DNA of 64,000 nucleotides. Source: Balanoglossus misakiensis. Lineage: Eukaryota; Animalia; Hemichordata. The stretch spans positions 7,115,519 through 7,179,518 of the forward strand of contig CM082578.2 in NCBI GenBank assembly GCA_040954595.2, given 5' to 3'. Position numbers and translations under genes: made by a program. Shown in pieces: positions 41,053 to 52,900 of this stretch (positions are counted from its first letter, which is position 1; the number at the start of each line of letters is the position of its first letter). A model generated the notes under the pieces. That model was not told the origin of the DNA and ran no database searches. It saw nothing but the letters and a program-made list of their open reading frames with translations.

Positions 41053-44000
41053 TAGTCCGTCCAGTATCAGCTGGTGTGATATAATGTGGTTTTTGTTGCA
41101 TTGTGATCAACAGAATTATGAATTTGTAAAACATGTACTTGAGAATCTACTGACAATATTTTTCATTGATTCACTATCGCGCATTCATCATTCTGCTGAT
41201 CGCAATTTAACAACTAATAAAACATCTGCACAGTCACTCGAAGGTCAGTTTGTTTCCTGCAATATTTTATGTTGTGAGAACGTGTAATCTGTCGACTTTT
41301 GACGTCTCATGTTTAGCCTGATTGACGTCAACATTGTGCGCAACTTCCAAGAACCGGAGCCAAGCATCTCATCTCATCCACAAATACTCCTTACACCATC
41401 TCAAAGTTATGCTTTGCGTTTAGACTGACTCTAAGTGATACAGTGTTACTGTTCTTAAGATTTGATAGACCATAAAGACACAATGGAATCCAACCGTAAT
41501 CGATATACTGACATCAATCGTGCCATGATCCTTGTCACTCAAGGTTTTCCAGCTAATATGCAAAGCAAACTACAATTAATTGGCCAATCACTCAAGAGTA
41601 ATATTATACTATTGATTTCTGTCCAACATCAATGTTACTACATTGACAACATGTAATATGAGGCACCTTTAATTCCATTGGAAGGTCAATTCCAGTTGGC
41701 CAGAACACTGACCCTCGTGGCCAGGGTCCGATCAATAGCTGATCAGTTTTCACACAAGATACATCACCCAGCTCCATTTATATGCAACACTCGGTGAACA
41801 GATAGTGGAAGTTGATATCGCATAAGTTTGCCAATTCAAATAATCAACAGGCTATTAAACTTAACCCTTTAGGCCGGGAAAGGATATCGGATTTGAATGT
41901 CATGAAGATGAACTCCTTTGACTCGTTGTTTGTCAATAATGATAAGTCAAAACGGAGCAATCTAGCTGTTATATATTTTATTTCAAAATACATATAAATA
42001 ATATTTTCCTCTCTTGGTAAATTGCTAAATTTTTAGCCCAATATCCAATGATGCTAATGACATACTACATTAAAAGGACTGTGTGACATCAAAGTCTGTA
42101 TGATGACACTGCTTTTCTGTACCTGTTTTTTTTTACCTCAAGTCATGTGCTGTCATCACCATAGCAACCATAACAAGGCTGTTTGAGTCAACTGTCTCTG
42201 ACGAAGATAGTGGCATTGGAAAATTTCCAAAGCATTAATTTCTACATTTATCCATTAGAAAGAATTCTTTCCTGGGCCATTGTGTGTTTGTCACATCACA
42301 AGGCCACCAGGGATAATTAAGGTAGCTTGATATGTTCGTGACTGCGTATCCTTAAGGTAGTATTTGCCTCAGCGACAGAATTTGATTTTGAAATGATAGT
42401 CCACCAAACCTTTCAATTCTTTGCTATATTGAAGTGTGTGGGTTTTTTTTTTAAATTAAGAAGAAAAATGGGTGTTTACTGTCTTGCTTTCTTGCTTTAC
42501 TTTAAACTGTCTCCATAAACTTAACACAGAGATTGGTGGCCATTTTGAATTTCAAATTTGATATAAATATAATGTAAATGTAATATTTAGATTGGGGCAT
42601 TTCTATCTCTTTGGGTAAAAAAACTTTCCTTCAGAAACTGTTCATCCAATGGGTTTGAACTTTGGTTTCCAGGGTCCTAGGAGTGCATCCTATCAGATTT
42701 ATTCATCTATTATCATATCAATTGACTGTGCACACAAACCTTTTGCTTTTAGTCTAGTCCTGGTGGGATGGGTTTGTATTGTGAGAATTAAGTACATTTT
42801 GTTGTATAAAACATATCACACACATAAAAGTAACATTTCTGGTCTGGTGGGAGCAGAAAAGTCATCCCCATGGTCACCAAAATAGAGAAAGTGTACAGTC
42901 ATGTATTAAAACACACAAAAAAGAAAGATGCATGGCTTCATGTAGGCCTATGGCGGACTCTGTGAAGAGACCGTAAGACAGCGCCCTCAAGTGGCAAATC
43001 TTGCAGTTTCACAAATTCATCCCTTTAAACATTTGGCTGTTTCTGTGGCTTGCTCTACATGCATACAGACGCATATTATAGTTGTCCATCTAGCAAAATT
43101 TGCAAAAACCAAGCCTCAGTCATCTTCGAATATCTGTTATAACAAAAGCATACAATATGAGAAAACAATGGGTTTCAAGGAGTTTGTTTGTATTCCTCTC
43201 ACATATGCATTTGCACTGGCAAATCCACTTTGCACACACTTATACGTGATGATTGAAAATAAATATTTGCAATTACATTTAAATTTGCTTCAATATCTGA
43301 ACAAAATATACAAGGTCCAAAAGGTAGGTGTAAATTTGCGCTGAAGGAAATATATCTCACATGTAAAATATAACAAGATTATAAACATTGTATATAACAA
43401 GAGGAGGTTGCGACACACGAAGGGCGCCATCAACAAAGTTATATGTAATTCGTTTTGTTTTTGTTACTTTTCAGTCCTGGTATGACCTTCCTCAATGCGT
43501 TGCAGACAGATTTTAGAAGCCCCCACCCACGGTTTCTCGGGCTCTATTCATTCATGATGGACAGTTTGTTCCAACACATCGAAAGAAAAGTTCGTTGATT
43601 GTTATGATTATATTTCAAACATAATATGTTTCTCTGTCTACTTTTCCAGTAATTTTTAATTATTAATGATACGCCTGTATCCTAACAGCGTCCCTTTTTG
43701 ATGCAAACCCAATTTTCTCGATCATATATATATTTATTTTAAAACGTGTATATGCTGAGCGTTCCAAACTTTGAATGCCAAAATCAGGGCACGCGATACG
43801 ACACAAGGATATTGGCGAAAACTCACCAAGTACGTACGGTGCGGGTATTACTTGTAGAGAATTAAACCGTGACCGAAATATACTAGTGGGCGTTGTTGTT
43901 TTTGAACGAATTTGTTATAAAATCGATATTATTGATGTTTTCAAGTTTAATTACTACAACCCCATTCTAAATTGTTGTGTCATTGACGAACTGTTACACC

Positions 44001-44599
44001 GACTTGAGGCACGAAATCGGTCAAAGACGCCAATCTTATTGATTTTCCCTTCTCCTACCTTATATACGGTGTTAGGGCTACAACTTGAATTCGGTGCCCG
44101 TCTGTTGCTCGCCTTTGATTGATAGGTTGGTGAATGTAAAGTTTGACAAAAGTAATTTTGTACTTTACACTAGTTCGTTTAATAGCGAAAAAAATGTAGA
44201 CTATTACCCCTTTGCGAAATGTGGACTTATAAGTAAAAAACAAACGCTATCCTTGAAATATTGTAGAGTTTAAGCCTTGTGTTTCGAACTGTCAAGGGTA
44301 TGGTCTATACAACTTATCGATTTCGAGTGCCTCCCCCGGGGGTGCGCCCGGGGGTGATGCTTTTATAGTTACATGGATAGCCTTACTTATAGTACATGTA
44401 AATCGCTGAGCTATTAACGTGTTTTCACTGTAAGTAGATATGCATGGTTGTAGTATCCCCACACATTTGGAAAAATTTAGAAATTGGAGGTCGCAAAAAC
44501 CAAGGTTTAGTCCTTCTTCCCACTTCTGTTTCAATGAGTATTTATTTTTGCACATATACAGGAAACCAAACGCAAAAGTTAACGAAATTAAATAAAAGC

Positions 44600-44823
44600 A
44601 AGTTACACGTGCCCGTCTGTGAACTGAAGATGGTACGATGTTTTTATGAAAGGAACCACCGTCCCACCACTTTCGCTTATACATATTCATATAGAACGCT
44701 CGTTCTTCCATATATGGTGATATTGCTTCCTTATATGGGGCGATTTCACGGCGTGGCTGTGGTGTACAGAGCTCTGGAGTCAATCATCTGTTCGTGATCC
44801 CAACGGTGAAGCGTTCTCCGAAG
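44600..44823 (+). promoter_or_regulatory. Putative contactin promoter and non-coding first exon
   Basis: Locally CpG-rich (~43750-45450), two perfect CArG boxes (44708-44717, 44729-44738), donor AAG/gtcagt at 44823/44824. The ATG exon at 49823 begins with an acceptor and so needs an upstream exon. Confidence 0.45.
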
Positions 44824-47651
44824 GTCAGTATTTTTCGGTTATTTCTTAAATTTGGTGGGAATGAGTTAACTCGGACAGGAGTGTATGCGTTAATGAAAAT
44901 TACAGTTGATGAATAGGTCGTTGCATTTGACCTTTCGTGTTGTTAAACATCGGTTATCCGAAGCAAGCCCGGTGTGTAGTACTGGATACACTGTGTCAAC
45001 CACTTTTACCAAACTTGCTCACTTTCGGTGGGCACGTACGATTTATGTTTTTATTGCATGCTACACAAGGCGTGTAAATATGTCAAGGAAAGTAAACAGG
45101 TGACGTCGAAACCCGAAGGACTTCGGTCCCCGCGTCCTCGCCGTTCTGGTATTTGTGTATGTATCGCAGTACAGTGTTTACCGTTCGTTTAGTAGAAAGT
45201 GACACCGCCGCGCACCTGGTTGGAAATTCAAAATGGCCTCCCTTTCTGTCCACAGCCACCTTTCAGTTGCGAGCCGTAAATCAACCAACAGTTTTTTCTT
45301 AACTCATTCCTCGGGGTGTCAAATATTGCTGTCAGTCGACAATTTCTGCGAATGTAGTACACACAACAGTTGTTACCGCATAGCTGGTACAGCAAAATTC
45401 AAAATGCGCCAGTCTAGCAGAACGAGAAAAGTGAAAGTTAACGCCCGCACACAGCTGATTGATGACTGGTGGTGTGTTAATTTGCCCCATTTCCGGGCTT
45501 TGCTAACAATAGTGTAACTCGCCCCTTGTACTACATGTAATTCTTTCTTGAACGGAGTCGAGTAGTAGCTCTATATTCCGAAACAATACACTACATTTGA
45601 AGTAGCAGATTACTTGAGTAAAATATTCCAGTAACCTACAATCACAACAGGTGATTGGTGTATATTCCCAGCCCCACACAACCAGACCAAACATTGGAAT
45701 CGACCAATTGTATGCAAATTAGTCATATAAAAAGTGTGGGTCCTGGGGTAACCCATCGAAGACCCAAGTAAACATTTTTTTAACTAATATGGAAAAATGA
45801 ACTTTTTAATAGTAAAGTATAGTCAATTGCACCACAAAAATGGAACTTCTGCATTTTTTCATTCTACATTCAAATGAAAACTGTATCTCTTGTAATTGTG
45901 CCTACAGTAAAGTATCAGCTGGTTATCATAATTGACAAGGAATGTATATATATTGAACAGACAAATAATAAATTAGTTGCAACCACAATATGGCTGCCTC
46001 CAAACTACACAAGATGCAATCGCATCAATGTTTTGTGCTTATTCCATTGCCAGTGAAAGTCATGCAAGCTATGCTATAGTATGTCCCAAAGTGGCTTGAT
46101 ACTACATGTACCTAGGTTAACATTCATCCAGGTCATGGCTGGGATTGACGTGTGAACTAAAAATATAGGATGAGATTCCACGCAGTTATGCCAGCATGAT
46201 CTGTTGCTTCTGAATTGAATGTCGCACAGACGGCCGACTTTTCCCTGTGGTATATAAATAGAGACATGTGGGAAACTCTCTTGGTTGACCCCCCTAGTGC
46301 AGGACAAGTCTGGCCTTCATGAATCCTTGTGTGATATTGATTTTAATAAAAATATTAAACGATAGAAGTATTCAAAATTAATGAGACATGAATTCTTCCA
46401 TTGTTTAATTTTTTCATTAAGTACTAAGCATTGTGTTGCAGAAATTCTCTTGTACCCACGGGTAGGTTTTAACAACTTGTCATTTAGCATATTTCAGTGA
46501 GCATTACAATGAAAATGACCCCAAAAAATGTCAAAAGGTTGATGACTTTGTTCCTTTAACTGGACAACTTTCACGAATAGCTTGATGGTGCCCTTATACT
46601 TCCACTTGTTGCATTCCTTTGACTGTATGGAAGGGAAAGCACCCCGCTGTTTTTGAAATCAGTGTCAAATTAAATTGTATTATGCTTTGAATTCCTCCTT
46701 GATTACTTCATTGAGAACACAGCACACTTCCGTTTAAGGCCACATGTCATGCATCTGGTGCAATGCATGTAGCTTGTAAGTAATCATCTTGAACACGTAC
46801 AATTTCCATTTTATCTTGTGATAAATGTGCTTGACTGTCTGTCAGTGTATCAGATAAAAAAAAATATATGCACTGTATATGTACGTCCACTGGAGAAATT
46901 GTGTGTTAAACCCTGTCGTGGTGATCAATGTTCAGAAAATCATACACGTGTATACATGTACATGTAGCTGTGAATGCGATGGTGATATCATTGGTACTTG
47001 TGCACAGCACATAATACCAGAAGCTGATTGTCAATTGGCAAAGTTCCACATAATAAAGCAATAGGTATCAAATGACTTAGACTAGCACCCAGTCTTGACT
47101 ATTTTAAGAGAAAACTGAAGACATATTCGTTTGAAAAAGCCTACGGTTTGTGAACATCCATCGGGCACCACTGAACAGAACTTCTGGATTTTGGCACCAT
47201 ATAAATTTGTTGAAATGATTTGTTGATTGATATACATTATCATATATCTTGATGTGTATGTGTAATACTGAGATACTCATGCTGTCTTGGACATGTCATT
47301 CAATAGTGATGACCTGTTAGTGTTAGTTATTTCTAGCACCAAGAATGTGGAATCGGTCAAGAGAATACCTTGTAAACAGACATTGATACTAACTGGAGAT
47401 ATAGTCTTCTAGATTGGAATCTTCATGTTACAATCCAAAGAAAGAATTCGACCCGTGTTCAGGTCAATTCAGTAGTCCACCCGTAATTGATATTGGCGAC
47501 CTCACAAAATGTGTTTCTCGTTTTCAGTTATTCTGGGAGAGTGGTTCTGGAGTGTGATGCGAGTTTACTGAACAGATGTGTCTCTTGTTTTGTTTTCATT
47601 GTATGTTGCTTGCGGAATCTCAGATTTTGTCCCTAATACTGTTAAGTAATT

Positions 47652-48242
47652 AGAGAGGTTTAGTTACACGTAAATACGCGTACGTCTGACGGCAGGCAGT
47701 GGCGTTCGCGTATGCGTAGCGACGCGTGAATTTTGCGGTTTAGTTGTCCGTTTTGAATAACAAAAATATTTAAAAACAATAGAAAATTAAAATATTTATC
47801 ACTTCAATAAATTTTGTGAGTGATGAATATTCTCTAAGATCACCACCCTTGCAATAAGTTTCTTGACTGCAGTGGAAAGATAGTTTAGTGAAGTTTTTCG
47901 ATGTCTTTGTCGAGGCGTCCACTGAAAACGTAGTTTGGGAATACATTTTTGTGTTTATGTTTTGAAAACACCAAATAGCGCCGGTTTTAGCACATATGGC
48001 AGATTTTTTTAGATAACATGGATGCTGGCTACATCACAATTGCACTGCAGAGATCAATCGCTCAAATTAAAGAGAGAATATCGAGAAATTCCGAAAAAAT
48101 GTTACACGTAATCATGATTACGCGTAGAAGCGTCGCTTGCCGTTCCGAACGTCTGTTCTACGCGTACGCGACCTCTGCTTATCACGTGACAATTACGCTA
48201 CGCGTACTGATCGAACGTATTTACGTGTAACTAAACCTCTCT
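47652..48242. mobile_element. Non-autonomous DNA transposon, PIF/Harbinger-like
   Basis: Perfect 27-bp TIR AGAGAGGTTTAGTTACACGTAAATACG, 3-bp TSD ATT, CpG-rich subterminal ACGCGT motifs. Confidence 0.85.
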
Positions 48243-49870
48243 ATTGAAATCTACAAACAACAGATTTCGAACATTGGGTCCTACTTGAATAATCAAAAGT
48301 AATAAAATTAAAAATAATTCCCTATGTCTGTTGAAATTGAATCAGGTTAGGGCAATTAATTATTCTGAAATATAGTTGATGCATTTATATCATGCAAAAA
48401 ATTCATTGTCCTACATTCACTGCAGTTTTGTCCATGGAATTATAAAGTACGTGTCTCATTAAATGCTATAAAACATGTTTGACTTAATTATCTATTATGT
48501 AAGGTCACTTTATAAAAAAAGTAATTGTGTGGTTCGGGTGTAGTAACTTTTGTCTTCAACCCCTAACATGTTTAGAGTCAAATATATGATTAAGTCAATA
48601 AATATTGTAATCTATGCAAGAATTTACTTGATATAAAAATAAAATTGCAAAATAAAGCATGTCCTAGAGAATGGGAAGTTTTAGTTTCATTGGTGTCACC
48701 ATCTTTTTGTGTTATGAAGGACCTGACCACAGCTATATTCATCATTTGGTCTGGATGCCTTTTCAAAGCACACAGTACCAACTCAAAAATATATTTAAAA
48801 ATATTGTTTTCAACATACCTCCCTATTTTTGAAAGCAATGTCATTGGAACCACAGTTTTTGTTTCACTTGTTTGATATGTGTATGATGAAACATAAATAG
48901 TTTCTTATTAATCAATAATTTTTTTGTAAACTTTATATGTTATGGATGGGTAGCTGAGTTTTATTCAGTTTGACTGGAGAAGTTGGATTGTGGACAAATG
49001 TAGGTGTACCTACTGTATGTAGGTTTATACATCAGTCAGTCCCTGTGCGGACAATAGCTGCTGCTGTTTATATGCCATAAATAGCCACATTCATTTATAT
49101 ACAATGTGAATAGTTATTCTTACTTGGTAGTTGGCAGGTTATGAAGCATTCTGGTTGTTTAAAGGCCAAGAAGCTAAGCTGTCAGGTGATAATATGATTA
49201 TTGTCACTAGGTGACACCTACACATACCCACTGTGCTCACAACTGATCATTTTGGTTTGCGGATTTATGCCCAACTTGGATTATTAAATAATCCTATGCT
49301 GGGATGACCGTAGCTACCAGAGTTGTGTTATACATCCATGGTGTCCATCTCACCCCCACAACATATACAATGTAAACTGGTGATGCATAGTCAGTACCAA
49401 CCCACGTTCAGTTTCACATCTCTTACTTCTGAGAGATGTACTGTGTCAAGAGCCAATCAGAAAACACTCGTGCTTGGCCTCTGTCGACTCCATGAAGTGT
49501 AACTGCAAATATAGCACCCTTGCCTTCTGAAATCCAGCCAGGTACGAACCAGCTCTGCTCGGGGGTGGTGAAATCCCCAGCTGTACAAGCCTCTGCACTG
49601 TAGTCACACCTACACGTTTGGAATTAGTTTCTGATCCGACAGCAATTTGTTTTCAGTCATTACCCAGTACTGTCACCCACATCTTTTCATTTAGAACGTT
49701 TGATTATCATATAGGCATTGTATTCTACCGTGAGTCACCGTTGGTCCGTACAGTTCAATAGAAACTGGGGCATACCACTTTAATCATGATGTTACATTTT
49801 TTTTGTTTTCTGTATGTTTCAGGCAGGCTGTGTGGAGAAACGCTGGTTTGAGTGTGTGTCTTTAGTCAAG

Positions 49871-49925
49871 ATGGCTTCTATCAAGGCTCTGTTTCTTGTG
49901 ACGTGTGTCGTAGTCTGCCTTGCTG
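49871..49925 (+). CDS. Contactin exon, signal peptide MASIKALFLVTCVVVCLA
   Basis: Acceptor tttcag ends 49822, Kozak-like aagATGG, donor gtaagt, phase 1. Confidence 0.82.
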
Positions 49926-52900
49926 GTAAGTAAAACATTCCAACAACTGGTTTACAGTCAAAGCTGGTCTGTCAAATATAATATTCACCTGGAACTCGCA
50001 AGTCATTATCACACTTATATAATTTTTATATGTCAAATAGAAATTAACATTTTTTAACCGTATAAAAGTCATGTATTGGTGCCTGACAATATTGACTTGT
50101 ACTGTAAAACAGATGGGTTCATGTTGGCTGGAGTTTTCCTTGAAATTAAATAATGTATAAAATAATATAAATAACGGGGGGAAATGTATTTATGCATCAA
50201 TACAGTGAACCTTTTTGGTACAGAGGTCATAGGTCACCTTGTCTTTAGGGTGATATTTGCGTTAATGAAGGCTAATCATAGGATTCGGATGGCCTTGCAG
50301 TGAACACACTGACAGAGTGTCCAAATTCAAGAATATTCATAATTATGTATATCTGACCTGGTTAATGTGTAATCCTATTAATTTTTGTAACCTTTTCCAT
50401 GGATTGCGTTAATAATGATTACTCAAAGCAATTCCCTTGTATATGGAATTAAAGATTGAGAATCCCAGCTAAACAACTCAATTTATGCATAAAATGTATG
50501 AGATTTATTTTACTAGTTTGAAATTAAGAAGTAAAATGCATTTGCCAGGCCCCAGTGTCTTGTACATTGCTTTGTAGCAGGTGGAAGAGACAAAATGCAG
50601 ATGTAATGGTGGTTTATCTGGACAACATTTTGCCGTTTTAATTTGAACACATAGGATAAAAATAATGTGAAGTTTAGTCACAAATAAATAAGATCATATT
50701 TTGTTAATTGAGAAGATAAAGGTATACAAGGAATTTGAACAACTAGGATAAATATCTGAATTTAGAAGATGACATTTAGAATTATAGTATTTGAGGAAAT
50801 TGACTTGTGATTTATTGCAATATTTATCTGGCAGACTGTGATTGTTGTAAGAAATTGATGTGCGAGAGCATTAGTTATAGCCAGTGAGAATTGCTATTGC
50901 ATCTTAACTGTTTTATGTTATTTTTATTGGAGCCTCAATTATTGTTGGAGTATGGTTGTGGTATTTCACATCACTGGTACAAAAGTCAGGCGTGGTGTGT
51001 GTGTGAAGAGACCTTGAGTAAAGGGCCACCCTTGTCTATTTACTACAAAATTCTTTTTACTAGCAACGAATGCCAAACTAGCAACACCGGCTTTCTTTGA
51101 GGGGGCCACCGGCTTTCTTTGAGGGGGCCCGACACTTATCTCTAAAATTGTAACAACGTCACAATTTAGTAGACAAAGAGGCGCCCCCCCCCCCCATCCC
51201 AATTGCGCAGTTGAAGTACGTGCATGTTGAGAGAGACGTGTCGACTCGAACGCTGCTCTAGGAAGCTCGTAGTTACCTTCTTACCGGGACATTTGTACTT
51301 GAACGGACTGGGTTCCTCCCACTTCAGGTCGGTAGATTCCTGTGAAGCAGAGACGTGAATTTTGCCGTTCCTAGTGCCGCGGGTTGCAGTGTATCCCGTC
51401 TGTTGAACTTTTTTAGAGATTGAGATGAGAATTAGCAGTGTAGGATAGAGACGACGTACCAAACTGCCGTGTTGTATTCTGAATTTGTGTTGAAATAAAT
51501 ACGACGGAAGAGTTTGAACGGCATTGCTGTGTGGACTGATAGTTTTGTGGCAAATTCGGGCGTGCGAGGCCGCCGCTAACCTTGCCGCGATCACCCGGCC
51601 GCTTGAGAACTTTCTCGACCTACGCACGAACTTGTTGTTTGTGGCAGCAATCGTGACAGGTTACGTTGTTTGAAAAAAACGTTGACGCGTCAATGCGCCC
51701 AGCGGCGGACGCCACATGAATTTTTCAGATCTGGCTTTTTCAACGTGTTTGTTTGGCGTTCATGATTTAGTATATATCCATGTTCTTGTTCCGCTATTTC
51801 CCATTCCGAAAACCCCAAAGTTTTGACTAGAAAAGGCCTCAGACACCTTCATATGCTGTCCGGCAGCCGGGGTGGGATATCCGACCGCGGTGCAGCTCAA
51901 AGTGGCGTGGAGCTGGTAATGTTGGGAACAGTGCAGCCGGCCGGTGGATCGACGTCTTAGCCTACACTTTCATACCCGCCGGCGTGCGGCAATCGGGAGG
52001 AACCCAGTCCGTTCAAGCGCAAATGTCCCGGTCAGTAGGTAACTACGAGCTTCGTAGAGCAGCGTTCGACACGCTAAACAACTCTCGTCGTCCGTGTTCA
52101 AGTCAGTCTCCTACCCCTTTCTGTTCACGTCTCTCTCTCAACACGCACGTACTTCAACTGCGCAATTGGGATGGGGGGACGCCTCTTTGTCTAGTACATT
52201 GTGACGTTGTTACAATTTTAGAGATAACGCGTTGCTGGCATGAAAGAAATACGATGTTGCCAGTTTGCCGTTTGGTGCTGGTAAAAAGAATTCCGTGGTA
52301 TTGTGTGGAAAATGTATACATGTACATGTACACTCAATGCAACAATACATGGCAATGATTTAAACAAATTAAACCTATACCTTGCATTGTGTATTTCTTC
52401 ACTTATTAATAATTTGGATTTTTTTAAATATTTTGGTAGCTTTACGCCACAGGATCTGGTGTTTTCCGGTAGTTATGGTTACCCATTTCAATTACGTGGG
52501 GCCTCTGTATGTTTTACTATGGCCATGAGTGAAGAGTTATTTATAAATCCATGATCTCTTGTGAGTCAACAAAAAATCTGCCACTGAATGATTGGCTGCA
52601 CATTTATAAAATCATGGTATTGAGTCTTTGAAATGAGAACGATTTCAATCTTGTTTTGCAGGCATTTTTTTATAAAAAAAATATGTGTAAATGTTGGTAC
52701 ATGTACATGGTTAATGACCACATTTGAAATATTCTAATTTAATACTGCTTATCATCTCTAATTGCTGTTATGAGCCATTGTCGTATGAAATATGTTTTTC
52801 AATAAATCTGTTGGATCATACTCAAGGAATGTTACGTTACCTTCCTGAAAAAAAAAATGATGAACGCAACGGCAGAATTTAACCAATCTATGCACGCTGT

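Noticed and set aside
42970-47180. Partial RE1/NRSE-like matches (GACAGCGCC near 42978, GCACCACTGAACAG near 47165)
   Set aside because: Half-site or mis-spaced matches only.
51166-52358. ORFs inside the inverted-repeat element as a transposase
   Set aside because: Short, no DDE or HTH motifs; the similarity between the two ORFs simply reflects the inverted repeats.
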